The notes beneath the pieces are model-generated. The model was not told where the DNA came from. It saw only the letters and a program-made list of their open reading frames with translations, and made no database searches. From Heterodontus francisci (taxonomy: Eukaryota), in assembly GCF_036365525.1 (NCBI RefSeq), contig NC_090413.1, positions 23,074,299-23,138,298 on the forward strand: a stretch of DNA of 64,000 nt, given 5' to 3'. This document shows, piece after piece, positions 1-12,278 of the stretch. The stretch's first letter is position 1. Each line of letters starts with the position of its first letter. Made by a program: the position numbers and the translations under genes.

Positions 1-94
1 TGGAGGGGTCACATGGCTGCTGGTCCATTTTGTCGGAGGTTGATGACTTTTGTTTGTTGTTTTAATTCTCAAAGCTGGCAAATTTCGTGTTGTC
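1..94 (-). CDS. Putative coding exon 2 (runs off window start) of an unidentified minus-strand gene: (R)TTRNLPALRIKTTNKSHQPPTKWTSSHVTPP...
   Basis: Minus-strand acceptor ...tttaaccacatctcactctttAG (AG at 96-95) with a pyrimidine tract and branch-like TTTAAC. Of the three frames after the acceptor only the phase-2 frame is open, matching the phase-2 donor of the candidate exon at 4384-4332. Confidence 0.45.
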
Positions 95-240
95 CTAAAG
101 AGTGAGATGTGGTTAAACTGGGGTAAGAGTTCCTTTCTCTGAAGAACCCAATTGGGCTTTTAATCACAGTTTGGCAACTTGCATAGTCACTCTTAAATGC
201 ACTCCAACTGTCAAGATTCTTTGCATTCTACCAAGGCTGT

Positions 241-3200
241 TCCTCCTCCCCTCCCCTCTGCCTCCGTCCCCCACCCCCTTCCTCCCTTCCTCCCTCCCCC
301 TCCCTCCCTGCCTCCCTTCCCCCTTTCCTTCATACTCTACTCTCCTACCCACCTCTCCCCTCCCCTCCCACCCTCTCCTCTCCCCACTACTCCCTCCCTC
401 CTCCCTCCCCCACCACTCGCGTCCACCCTCTTCCTGCCCCTCCTTCATTCCCCCTTTCCCCCGCCCTCTCTCCCTCCACCACCCTTCTCCTCCCTCCTTC
501 CCTTCCCTCCTTCCATGGCCTCCCTCCCTCACCTCCCTCCCTCTTCCTTCACCTCCCTCACTCCCTCCCCCTGCATTCCCTCCCTCGCCCCCTCCGTCTC
601 TCTTCCCCCCTCCCTCCCACTTCCCCCTCCCCTTCCCTTCCCCCTCTCTTCCCCAAACCCTTCCCTCTTCTACCCCACCCTCCCTCCCTCCGCTTCCCCT
701 ACTCCCACCTCCCCCCTTCCCTCCCCTCCCTGCCTTCCCCTTCTCCTTCCCTTCCCCCACCCTCTCCTCCCCCCTCCCTCCCCCTTCCCCCTCCCTCCCC
801 CTTCTCCCTTCGCTCCCCACGCTACCTCTTACTATCCCCTCTCCCCTCCCTTTTCCCCATCCCCTTCCCTTCCCTTCCCCTCCCCTCCCCTCTCCCCACC
901 CTTTTCCCTCTCCCCACCCTCCCCCTTCACCCTCCCACTCTCCTACTCTGCCTTTTCCCTGTCCCTCCCTAACCTCTCTTTTCCCCCTTTCCCCCACCTC
1001 CCTTTTCCCCCTTCCCCCAGCTCCCTTTTCCCCCTTCCCCACCTCCCTTTTCCCCCTTCCCCCCTACACCCACCTCCCTTTTCCCCTTTCACCCCACCTC
1101 CCTTTTCCCCCCTACCCCCACCTCCCTTTTCCCTTTCACCCCACCTCCCTTTTCCCCTTCCCTCCCCCTCCCTTTTCCACCTCGTCTACCTCCCCCTTCC
1201 CTCCCCTCCCACTCCCTCCCCTCCTTCCTCCCTTCTCCTCCTCCTTTCCCCCTCTCCTCCCCTCCCTCCTCCTTTCCCCCTCTCCTCCCCTCCCCTTTCC
1301 CCCTCCTCCCCTCCCCTTTCCCCCCTCCTCCCCTTTGCCCCCTCCCCCCTTCCCTCATCCCCCCTCCTCCCCTCCCCACAACCTCCCCTCCCCCTCCGTC
1401 ATCCCCTCCCCTTGCCTCCTTCCTCCCTCTTCCCCCTCCTCCTTCCTCCTCCCCCTCTTCCCCTGCCCCCTCCCCTTCCTCTTCCCCTGCCCCCTCCCTC
1501 CCCCCTCTCCTCCCCTCCCTCTTCCCCCTTCTCCCCTTTCCCTCTCTATCCCTGTATCCACCACCTCCCCTCCCCCTCCCTCCTCCCTCTCCTCCTCCCT
1601 CTCCCTCTTCCCCCTCCTCCCCTTTCCCCTCTCCATCCCTGTATCCACCACCTCCCTCCCTCCCCTCCCTCCCCCTGTCCCTTCACTCCTCCCCTCCCCC
1701 TCCCCGTCCCTCCCCACTCCCCCCGCCCCCTCTCCTTCCGCTCTCCCCTCCCCCTCCTCCCCCCTCCCCCTTCCATTCTCCTCCCCCTCCACCCTCCCAT
1801 CTCCCATTCTCCTCCCCCTCCCANNNNNNNNNNNNNNNNNNNNNNNNNNNNNNNNNNNNNNNNNNNNNNNNNNNNNNNNNNNNNNNNNNNNNNNNNNNNN
1901 NNNNNNNNNNNNNNNNNNNNNNNNNNNNNNNNNNNNNNNNNNNNNNNNNNNNNNNNNNNNNNNNNNNNNNNNNNNNNNNNNNNNNNNNNNNNNNNNNNNN
2001 NNNNNNNNNNNNNNNNNNNNNNNNNNNNNNNNNNNNNNNNNNNNNNNNNNNNNCTTCCCCCTCTACCCTCCCTCCTCTCCTTCCCCCTCCCCTCCCCCGC
2101 CTTCCCTTCTCCCCCACCTTCCCTTGCCACCTCCCCCACCTTCCCTTCCCATCTCCCCCACCTTCCCTTCCCCCCTCCCCCTCCTTCCCTTCTCCCCTCC
2201 TTTCTCCCTCTCCCCCTCTCCTCCCCTCCCTCCTCCTCCTTTCCCCCTCTCCTCCCTCCCTCCTCCTCCTTTCCCCCTCTCCTCCCTCCCTCCTCCTTTC
2301 CCCCCTCTCCTCCCCTCCCCTTTCCCCCCTCCTCCCCTTTCCCCCCTCCTCCCCTCCCCTTCCCCATCCCCCCTCCTCCCTCCTCCCCTCCCCACAATCA
2401 CCCCTCCCCCATCTCCTCCCTCCCCCATCTCCTCCCCCTCCGTCACCCCTCCCCTTGCCTCCCCCTTCCTCCTTCCCTCCCTCTTCCCCCTCCTCCTTCC
2501 TCCTCCCCCTCTTCCCCTGCCCCTCCCCTTCCTCTTCCCCCTTCCCTCCCCCTCCCTCTTCCCCCTCCTCCCCTTTCCCTCTCCATCCCTGTATCCACCA
2601 CCTCCCCTCCCTCCCTCCCCGTCCCTTCACTCCTCCCCTCCCCCCTCACTCCACCTCTCTCCCCTCCCCCTCCCCCGTCCCTCCCCACTCCCCCGTCCCT
2701 CCCCACTCCCCCGCCCCCTCTCCTTCCGCTCTCCCCTCCCCCTTCTCCCCCCTTCCATTCTCCTCCCCCTCCACCCTCCCATCTCCCATTCCCCTCCCCC
2801 TCCACCCTCCCATTCCCCTCTCCCCTCTCTCCTCTCCTTCCCCTCTCTCCTCTCCTTCCCCTCTCTCCTCTCCTTCCCCCTCTCCCCTCCCTCTCTCCTC
2901 TCCTTCCCCCTCTCCCCTCCCTCCTCTCCTTCCCCCTCTCCCCCCTCTCCCCCTCTCTCCTCTCCTTCACCCTCTCCCCTCCTTCTCTCCTCTCCCTCCC
3001 CCTCTCCCCCTCTCCCCTCCCTCTCTCCTCTCCTTCCCCCTCTCAGCTCCCTCCTCTCCTTCCCCCTCTCCCTCCCTCCTCTCCTCCCCTTCTTCCCCCT
3101 CTCCCCTCCCTCCTCTCCTTCCCCCTCTCCCTCCCCCCTCCTCTCCTTCCCCCTCTCCCCTCCCTCCTCTCATTCCCCCTCTCCCTCCCCCCCTCCTCTC

Positions 3201-4300
3201 CGTCCCCCTCTCCCCTCCCTCCTCTCCCCCCTCTCCACTCCCCTCCCTCCTCTCCCCCCTCTCCACTCCCCTCCCTCCTCCTCTCCCCTCCCTTCCCTCC
3301 TCCTCTCCCCTCCCTCCTCTCCTCTCCCCCCTCCCTCCTCTCCTCTCCCCCCTCCCTCCTCTCCTCTCCCCCCTCTTCCCTCCCCCCTCTTCCCTCCCTC
3401 TCCTCTCCCCTCCCTCCTCTCCTCTCCCCTCTCTCCTCTCCCCTCCCTCTCTCCTCTCCTTCCCCCTCTNNNNNNNNNNNNNNNNNNNNNNNNNNNNNNN
3501 NNNNNNNNNNNNNNNNNNNNNNNNNNNNNNNNNNNNNNNNNNNNNNNNNNNNNNNNNNNNNNNNNNNNNNNNNNNNNNNNNNNNNNNNNNNNNNNNNNNC
3601 CTTCCCCCTCTCCCCTCCCTCCTCTCCTCTCCTTCCCCCTCTCCCCTCCCTCCTCTCCTCTCCTTCCCCCTTTCCCCTCCCTCCTCTCCTCTCCTTCCCC
3701 CTCTCCCCTCCCTCCTCTCCTCTCCTTCCCCCTCTCCCTCCCTCCTCTCCTTCCCCCTCTCCCCTCCCTCCTCTCCTTCCCCCACCTTCCCTCCCCTCCC
3801 CTCCCGCACCTTCCTTCCCTTCCCCCCTCCCCTCCCGCACCTTCCTTCCCTTCCCCCCTCCCTTCCCCCACCCTCCCTTCTCCCCCACCTTCCCTTCCCC
3901 CCTCCCTTCTCCCCCACCTTCCCCNNNNNNNNNNNNNNNNNNNNNNNNNNNNNNNNNNNNNNNNNNNNNNNNNNNNNNNNNNNNNNNNNNNNNNNNNNNN
4001 NNNNNNNNNNNNNNNNNNNNNNNNNNNNNNNNNNNNNNNNNNNNNNNNNNNNNNNNNNNNNNNNNNNNNNNNNNNNNNNNNNNNNNNNNNNNNNNNNNNN
4101 NNNNNNNNNNNNNNNNNNNNNNNNNNNNNNNNNNNNNNNNNNNNNNNNNNNNNNNNNNNNNNNNNNNNNNNNNNNNNNNNNNNNNNNNNNNNNNNNNNNN
4201 NNNNNNNNNNNNNNCCCTCCTCCTCCCCCCTTCTCCCCCTCTCGCCTCCCCTACCTCCTCCCTCTCCTTCGCCCCTCCCACTCCCTCCGTCCCGCGTCCC
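241..4300. repeat. Polypyrimidine (C/T) low-complexity tract with three assembly gaps and internal duplicated blocks
   Basis: Almost exclusively C and T on the + strand. N-runs at about 1824-2053, 3470-3599 and 3925-4214. Motifs such as atccctgtatccacca and ccccgccccctctccttccgctctcccc recur on both sides of the first gap. Confidence 0.95.
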
Positions 4301-4331
4301 CTCCGTGGACTTGTCGAAACCACAAAATAAC

Positions 4332-4384
4332 CTTGGTGGCTGCGCTGAGACCCTTTTTAACCCGCGCTTCCTAACAGCTGCCAT
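4332..4384 (-). CDS. Putative first coding exon of an unidentified gene: MAAVRKRGLKRVSAQPP(R)
   Basis: ATG at 4384 (ATGG context) in CpG-rich unique sequence; 53 nt ending at AAG|GTTATT (phase 2; weak-to-moderate donor); phase-compatible with the exon at 94-1. Confidence 0.45.
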
Positions 4385-4680
4385 TAGCGTGGGATCCCCG
4401 GAGCTGCTAGACGGAAACAAGTAAAATTTAATAGAACTTCGTTATAATCAAGTTGATTATACTATATAATTGTACTTACTGCCGAAGGCCGAGCGGTCTG
4501 CGATTAAATGAAGGTCGCTTTTTTTTTAAAAAACTGAACACCCACATTTCCGCCTCCCCTTCTCCACAAAGCGTCCGTAGCAACCGCACCCGCGGTATCA
4601 ATAACAGGACGAGTGTCAGAGGGGAAGTCTTAATAAAAACTGATTGGTATCTTTGTTCACCGCGAATATCACAATGCAAT
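4385..4680 (-). promoter_or_regulatory. CpG-enriched candidate promoter/5' UTR of the minus-strand gene
   Basis: Local CpG enrichment relative to flanks; GC-box-like ccgcctccc near 4550; lies directly upstream of the ATG at 4384. Confidence 0.35.
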
Positions 4681-5236
4681 TCACAAAAGGACTGACACCA
4701 CATCCTGGTGGAAGAAGACATTGCTTTCTTTTATATGTCTCATAGATTACTTTCCCAGCCAAGGCCAGTTTTATTTTACCCAAGTCCTGAATATAAAAGG
4801 CAAGTTGGGGTGGGGGCTGTATTAATGAGCAAAGTGGCTTAAAACAATTTCAAATTCATTCAGTAACATTTACTGTGGGCTTTGAAGCGTTCGTTAAACG
4901 CTAATCATACAGGTCTGTATCTAAAGAATTGGGATACAGGGTACAGAGGGGACAAAAGGCAAAGGATAGGGAGGAAGATGAGAATCTCCCCAATTACTGA
5001 GGAATTGCATTTATAAAACGCGAGTTATTGCATCAAAAAAGTCAGCTTCTCACACACACATGCACACTGAATTACTTTGGAAAAACATGTGCAGGTAAAT
5101 AAAAGGGTGACATCATTGTGGGTTTGATAAATAGGACATAGAGTACAAAGAGGTGATGATAAATTTGTACAAAAACTGTGGCCAGGCCACAGTGAGCCCT
5201 TCGGCGCCTCATTACTGATTTAGACGTCAATATAGG

Positions 5237-6109
5237 AAGTTCGCAGATGACACGAAAATTGATGGTGTCATAAACAGAGGAGGAATGCTTTAGATTACAG
5301 GACGATATAGTTGGGCTGGTAAAATGGGCAGAGCTGTGGCAAATGGAATATAATCCTGAGATGTTGTGAGTTGATGCATTTTGGAAGGACTAACAAGGCA
5401 AGGGAATATACAATGGATGGTAGGACCCGAGGAAGTACAGAGGGTCAGAGGAACCCTGGTATACAGATCACTGAAGGCAGCAGCACAGGTAGATAAGGTG
5501 GTTAGGAAGGCATATGGGATACTTGCCTTCATTAGCTGAGACACAGAATATACCCCACAAGGCAGGGAGGTTATGATGGGGCTGTATAAAACGCTAGTTA
5601 GGCCACAGCTGGTGTACTGTGTACAGTTCTGGGCACCACACTATAGGAAGGATGTGATTGCACTGGAGAGGGTGCAGAGGAGATTCACCAGGATGTTGCC
5701 TGGGCTGGAGCCTTTCAGCTATGAAGAGAGACTGGAAAGGCTAGGGTTGTTTTCCTTAGAGCACAGAAGGCTGAGGGGGAACATGATTGAGGTGTACAAA
5801 ATTATGAGGGGCATTGATAGGATAGATAGGAAGAAACTTTTTCCCTTAGCAGAGGGGTCAATAACCAGGGGACATAGATTTAAGGTAAGGGACAGGAAGT
5901 TTAGAGGGGATTTGAGGAAAGAAAATTTCACCCAGAGGGTGGTTGGAATCTGGAACACACAAGTATTTAGATGAGCACTTGAAACACCATAGCATACAAG
6001 GCTATAGGCCAAGTGCTGGAAAATGGGATTAGAATAGGGAGGTGCTTGATGGCCGGCACAGACACGGTGAGCTGAAGGGAATGTTTCTGTATTGTATAAC
6101 TCTATGACT
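5237..6109 (+). mobile_element. CR1-type LINE, 5'-truncated (RT C-terminus + 3' UTR)
   Basis: Starts at KFADDTK; ORF 5573-5974 LYKTLVRPQLVYCVQFWAPHYRKDVIALERVQRRFTRMLPG is the typical CR1 ORF2 C-terminus; 3' tail ...ctgtattgtataactctatgact. Confidence 0.92.
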
Positions 6110-6389
6110 GACTCATTGTAGAAGGAATATTCCTGTTACAGAGGCCGCAGTTCCGACAACAAATTGAATATAAATAATGCCTGTAAACGTTGTACAATGC
6201 ACGCGAGGGGCTTCATAGAGGCATAATTAGACCAAAAAAAAAATGGACACGAAGAGGTAGCCTGAAGCTTGTGGTCAAAGAGTTGGGATTTAAGAAGGTC
6301 TTACAGGAGAAGTGAGAGGTAGAGAGGCGGGAGGGTCCGGGGGACGGAATTCCAGTTCTTGGGGCCCAGTTGATTGAAGGGCAGTTGTC

Positions 6390-6765
6390 AAATTCACCAG
6401 GTTGATCAAGGGTGGGAAGTTACAGTTTATGAGGAGAGAATTGGAGCTCTTTCCACTTGTGTGGATAAAGAAGACTCTGAGCCGAGTTAACAGAATTTCA
6501 ACATTCTGGAAACTAATAGGGAAATCTATTTCCTCCGGTTGGGGGGTGTTGGGGTCAGTAATGAGGGCACATCAATTTAAAATTGTCAGTAAAAGTTACG
6601 CAGTGAGCTCTTGAATCAGGAAATGTTGCACCTTTTAAGCGGAATGGGAATAAATATTTGAAACAGAGGAGCATACCGGGATAAGGAGAGAAGGTTTTTT
6701 TTTGGATTGCTCTAGCAATTGACCGGCATATATACAATGGACTGAATGACCTCATTCCACACTGT
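6390..6765 (+). mobile_element. Old degraded CR1 3' fragment
   Basis: Residual similarity to the 5237-6109 copy (tatttcc...gagggcacatcaatttaaaatt; caatggactgaatgacctcattcc). Confidence 0.5.
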
Positions 6766-6894
6766 AAACATTTGTGGTTTTACGTGGGCAAATGCAGCGA
6801 CCATTATGCACAATAAGAACTCGTAAACAGTCATACGATGAATCAGCACCTGATCTATTTCCAGTGGTGTGGGTTTAAGGAGGGATGTGGTCAA

Positions 6895-7256
6895 GACACC
6901 AAACTCCCTGCTCTTCTTTGCCTAGTTCCATGGGAACTTTAGCATTCACGAGTCATCAGGATACACAGGACTTAAAATGAAACATGGCGTCCGAGAATTG
7001 CACCTCCATTAATATAACACTCCCTCATAACTGCGCGAATAGAGGGTCTGCTGCCTTGCTCTCGAACCTCCTCCCTAAATCCCCTCACTTCTGCACCTCT
7101 TTGCAAATACCCTCCTTCGGCAAATTGCCTTTAGTCACTTTCTCCATTTTAAGCGCTGTACAAATGCAAGTTACTGCCTTGCATTTTATTTGGCTCAAAT
7201 CCTGGAGGTGGGGCTCGAACCCAAGTTTTCATGAGAGAATGCTACTTACTGAGCCA
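6895..7256 (-). mobile_element. Degraded Deu-domain (SacSINE1-like) SINE interrupted by a short L2-type 3' fragment
   Basis: aactccctgctcttc...catggga and gtggggctcgaaccc...tgctacttactgagcca match the 55505-55943 copy; internal cctccctaaatcccctc...aagcgctgtacaaatgcaagt matches the L2-type tail. Confidence 0.55.
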
Positions 7257-7756
7257 GTCTTATACCAGAAGTACTCGTTTCTAAAATGACTTACGTATCT
7301 TGAATTGGATTCAAATAACGCAATAACAATACAGAGTATAAAGTAAGCTCATTGTTCCCTTACATTGTACCCGAGTGGGTGTCAGTATGCAATTGGGCCA
7401 TTTGAAAGGCATTTACAACACAGTTGCAACGTTGGCACGAAGTAAGGCTACTGTAGAGTGATGCTGCGGTTTTGGAATGAATTCAGCCTAACTCTACAGT
7501 CAGACTGACCTGCCAACAGAATGAAGTGGAGTTAGACTTCCCAGAGCAGAATACCTCATTTGGCTTCATTTTGGAGTTATATTGGGGGCCTTATCACCTG
7601 ATTTACATTTTGCACCGTGTGAACCAACACACCTTCCAACTGACACAATTTGTCCTGTAAATTTGCTGCCATATACTTTGAGTAATTCAGCAGAGAAGTA
7701 TTCCATAGGTCCTGCAACCGGGTTAAAGATTATACCGATTGTTGGAGGGAAAATGG

Positions 7757-8360
7757 AATGTTGGCTTTTATTGCAAGGGGGTTGTGAAGTTTTGCTACAA
7801 CTGTACAGAGCATTGGTCTCCTTATTTCAGGAGGGAGATACTTGCATTGCAAGCAGTTCAGAGAAGGTTCACGAGGTTGATTCCTTGGATGAAGGGTTTG
7901 CCTTATGGGGAAAGGCTGAGCAGGTTAGGCCTATACTCATTGGAATTTAGAAGATTGAAATCTATAGGATTCTGAGGGGGCTTGACACGGTAGATGCTAA
8001 GAGCATGTTTCCCCTTGTGGGGGAATCTAGAACTAGGGGGGGGGGGGCACAGTTTCAAATTACGGAGTCTCCCATTTAAGACGACGTGGAGGAGTTACTT
8101 CTTTCAGAGGGTCTTTAGTGTTTGGAATCATCTTCCCCAGAGAGCAGTGGAGGCTGGGTCATTGAGTATATTCAAGGCTGAGTTAGACAGATTTTTGATT
8201 GACAAAGGAGTCAAGGATATGGGAGGGGGGGGGGGGGGGGGGGGTGCAGACAGGAAAGTGGAGTTGAGGCCACAATCAGATCAGCCATGATCTTATTGAA
8301 TGGCGGGGCAGGCTCGAGGGGCCGAATAGCCTACCCCTGCTCCTATTTCTTATGTTCTTC
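7757..8360 (+). mobile_element. CR1/HER1-type LINE 3' fragment with internal deletions
   Basis: Frames give HWSPYFRREILALQAVQRRFTRLIP and FFQRVFSVWNHLPQRAVEAGSLSIFKAELDRFL; 3' UTR gatcagccatgatcttattgaatggcggggcaggctcgaggggccgaatagcctac...ttcttatgttct. Confidence 0.9.
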
Positions 8361-8899
8361 ATAAGTAACCTATTAGTGTGTCCATACGAAATTTCTGCTA
8401 TTTTAACAATTATGAGACAAAGTCTGCAAATAGACAAAAAAACAGAAATAGAAAAAAAATTGACATCCTAACACCGCAGGACTCGAATTCAGCACTCGAC
8501 GTGCCTAGATAAACCAAGCGGCAGTTCCAGCCACTTCAACCTCAAGTTAAAACGGTCAATTTCAGCACTCAACCTGGATCTGATGCACAGTGAGCAGGAG
8601 TGAAAGTAAGGGAGAGGAGAAGCCCAGCCAGCGAGTGCCAGGGGGTAGCCAAGCGTCTTGAATTTCCTCGGTATGTATAACACTGGAATTAAAAGATCAA
8701 ATTGGACTTTTATCAAGTGTTGTGGTGAGGTGGCGGGTGGGAAGATGCTGGATTCTTGCACACACCGATCTAGATTATCTGAGTAATGAAGTCACTGGAT
8801 GAAAGGCAGCCTGTAATGTGATATTAGCTGGCACTTTAGTGCAAAAGTGTGGTGCTGTCGCCTGGGAGCTGTCACTGGCTCTGTGTACCTGAGGTGTCC

Positions 8900-9225
8900 G
8901 CACATGCGGCCAGCGGAAGTAACAAAAACAGACGGCGTCACAAATGTCTGACGTAAGGTGTTATTGTTGCCTTTTTTTCCCCCTTGCGCGCTTCTGATTG
9001 GCCGGCACGCTCGGCCTCCGAATGTTGAGTTTCAGTTTTGGCTGTCGCCGAGCGGTATCCCTGATTGGCGGCTGCGGCTGTCAATCACCGCGGGGGTGGG
9101 AAGCTGAGCTGATCTGACCGCCCGGCGGCGGAGAGACTTGGAGCAGCAACATCGGGCTGCAGTCGTTGGCTTTTGGTCCCGTCGCACTGCGTCGGGGGCG
9201 GGGGGTTTAAAAGAAAAATAAAAAC
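8900..9225 (+). promoter_or_regulatory. CpG-rich promoter of the INK4 gene
   Basis: ETS-like CGGAAGT (~8914), CRE/ATF-like TGACGTAA (~8949), E2F-like TTGCGCGC (~8984), inverted CCAAT boxes ATTGG at 8997 and 9064, and GGCGG-4 nt-TTTAAA at 9197-9211. Confidence 0.75.
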
Positions 9226-9363
9226 ATGAGCAAAAACATCCGAGGCGGGAACCGGCTAGCCACGGCTGCCGCGCTGGGAAACTGGCAAGAGGTGAAGCGT
9301 CTGCTGACCCAAGAGAAAGTGAATGTTAATGCGGTGAATGAATACGGACACACCGCACTGCAG
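9226..9363 (+). CDS. CDKN2D: INK4-family CDK4/6 inhibitor (p19INK4d-like), coding exon 1 (46 aa)
   Basis: MSKNIRGGNRLATAAALGNWQEVKRLLTQEKVNVNAVNEYGHTALQ resembles the first ankyrin repeat of p19/p18; donor CAG|GT at the conserved INK4 TALQ|VM intron position (phase 0). Confidence 0.85.
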
Positions 9364-10404
9364 GTTGGTGCCTCTTGGAAGATAATCAGGGAAGCAGTAC
9401 TGTGCCGGAGCCCTGAATTACACTCTCAGCCGTTTTAGGCTAAACTCCTTGAAAATTAAATCTAGATTTAATCTTCTGCAAAAATGTAATTTGAGTTTCT
9501 TTAATTTTTGTGAAAATTTGGGCATTGATAAAGTCCTCGGAGAATTGTATTGTTGCTGAATGTACCAAATGAATAGTTCGTAATTGCAAAGCGATATTTG
9601 AGACATTTGGGACCTGCCGCTGTCTCTCTGGGTTGCGATGCCTCTGTGGGGGAAGACACCAGCTTGTTAAACCTGCCGCAGAAGATTAACCAGTTCTCCT
9701 TGCAACGGACAGCGCCTAAAGGTGTAAAAGTTTGGGCGCAGTTTTGGTTTCTAACCCACTGGGGGTCGTAACAATTTGTGAATGAAGCTGCTTCCCTGCT
9801 GGCTTCGCCCTCGGCGATGGTGAAAATCCGATTTTGAAACCCAATAACACCTTCCTTCAAAACCTTTCCCAACAACTTTGTTTTTGCCTGTAGTGACAGG
9901 GCGGAGATCGGAGGGTTAGAGCCACAGCTAAAATATCTGACAGGTTTTTTTTTAATAAATAGTAAAAGGGACAATCATTGAGAAATATGATAGCAACTCC
10001 ACCTTAAATTACTATGAAAGGGCGGAGCCTGAAGTGGGGGAATGTGTGACGGGCGGCTGCCAGCTTGCTTTTGTGGGGGGGTGGGTGGGGGGGGGGGAGG
10101 AAGAAAGACGAGACCAGGGGGCAATTCAGCTAATTTTACATGCCCCTCTGCTCGATACAACCGCAATACTGCTAATTAAAAGTGAAACCAGTAAAGGTCA
10201 GCTTTAAAGCAGAGTGGGGATAAATGCAATTTAAAAAAAGGGTGGGGTTTTGTGTACAGAAGGATTATCATGGGTTTATATCATCTATCACACCATGGTA
10301 AGTTATATTTAAACAGGGGATTCCATTTCTCTCCCTCTTCTCCCCCCCCCCCCCACTTCGCCCGACCAGTACTGTGTGAGCCCAAATTAGATCATGACCA
10401 ACTC

Positions 10405-10630
10405 TGATCCCATACGAATTAGGAGCAGGAGTAGGCCACTCGGCCCCTCGAGCTTGCTCCGCCATTCAATATGCTCATGGCTGAACTGATTACTCCACAT
10501 TTCCACCTACCCCCGATAACCTTCCACCCCCTTGCTCATCAAGAATCGATCTACCTCTGCCTTAAAAATATTCAAAGACTCTGCTTCCACCACTCTTTGA
10601 GGAAGAGAATTCTAAAGACTCACGACATCC
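10405..10630 (-). mobile_element. CR1 3' UTR fragment
   Basis: Reverse complement of the 3' tail seen at 8140-8360 (aggagcaggagtaggccactcggcccctcgagcttgctccgccattcaat). Confidence 0.8.
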
Positions 10631-10871
10631 TCACCTAGTGTCCACACTCACTGATGGTGGGTGAGGAACACTGGATGGGAAACTGGTGCCAACTACAGTA
10701 TTCCTTAACCAGTGCCCCTCTCCCCCTCGCTACTGAGATTAGCTACTTCAGCATCTGTGGCTTTATTAAACTGTTTGCCTGCAAAGCGTTTCTGACTGTA
10801 GGGGGGACAAAATTCTGTGCTATGTTACTGTTTTAAGGAGGGTTACTATTTTAAGATACAGTCCTGGTGGA

Positions 10872-11135
10872 GCGGAACATAGGAAAAAGGAGGTCATTTT
10901 GCTCCTCAAATCTGTTCCACCAGTCAGTAAGGTCCTGGCTGATCTTGACCTAACTCCATTTACCCACCTTTGTACCATATCCCTTGTACCTTTGGTTAAC
11001 AAAAATCTATCAATCCCGGTTTTAAAACCAACAATTGATCTCGCATCAATTGCCATTCACGGAAAAGAGTTCACAACTTCTGCCACCCTTTGCATGTAGA
11101 AATGTTTCCCAATTTCACTCCTGAGAAGGTCTGGC
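10872..11135 (-). mobile_element. CR1 3' fragment (older)
   Basis: Minus frames HFYMQRVAEVVNS and FKTGIDRFLLTKG. Confidence 0.75.
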
Positions 11136-12278
11136 TGTGGATGAAGGGGCATCTGTGCCCAAGCCTCTTCCATTCTGCCTTTGACCGTATATCTGGCCTC
11201 ACACTGTGCCTTCCTGCTGGCTGAGATTAGTACATAGTCATGTGGAAGATACCCTACCATTGGCTGTTGGAAGGCACTGGACTCTGAAAGCCCATCACTG
11301 CTGTATAAAAGAAGCTGTTTTTAAACTTCTGCAGAGGATTTTTTTTTTTTTTAAAACTGATTCCCAAGTGTCTGGATTCCCATGGTAGACTTCATCCTGG
11401 CCCAGCGCCCTCAGGCCTGTTATGGAGCCAAATTCACAGGTGAAGGTAGTAATTGCGATGTCTACATCTTCTTGCAGCTGTGGGGAGAGAGATATGATTA
11501 GAATGTTTACATTATTCTACAGCTGTGAGACAGGGAAGGAGACAGACAGGGATCGACGGGCACACAGAGACATGTCCAGGATCTGATCACAAAAAAAAAA
11601 ATCAATTTCAACGTGTACAGAGATCCCTTAGAAAGTCACAAACCAGTGTTACTAACACGTGACACCTTCCCACCATGCCTCCCACTTTTCTTTTTCTTCT
11701 ATCCACTGATTAAAAGAAAAATCAGGTAAGCATATATAACTGGCAGCTGATCAGTTACTGTGAGTTTTCCACCTCCCTGCCTAAAGTGGTAATTACTCCC
11801 CCAGAATCCACCATTCAGCTAAATCTCCAGTTGTGCCTAACTTTGGATTCCCTCTCTATAGTGTTGCCATATCAAAAAAATCCCCACCCCCCCCCAAAAC
11901 CATCCCTCCAATGCAATCAAAGCCCAGGACTACCCAACCGCCACCCCCCCCCCCCCCCCCCAAGTGCAGTTAACCTCATTTCCCCTTCCCAGTACCAAAT
12001 ATCTACCTACACAATTAGTGAATCTTGTTGATCTGATACAGATCAGCCATAGTCGAACGGAATGGTGGAACATGCTTGAGGAGCTGAATCACCTACCCCT
12101 GTTCCTATGTGTATTCTTTATTTACTCAGATGGTAAGGGTTAACAATTAAACACATAGATCAAGGAATATAAATAGAGTTCACATTTACAGTTTACAGAA
12201 AAATGGAGAAAGTTGTGAAATTCCATCCCAAAATACCATTTAATAAAAGGAGAATTTGATTTATTTAGTCACGATATT

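Noticed and set aside
164-4424. Very long Pro/Ser/Leu-rich (+) and Gly/Arg/Glu-rich (-) ORFs up to 1417 aa
   Set aside because: Open in all frames only because C/T-only DNA lacks stop codons; they run through N gaps and are not extensin- or formin-like genes.
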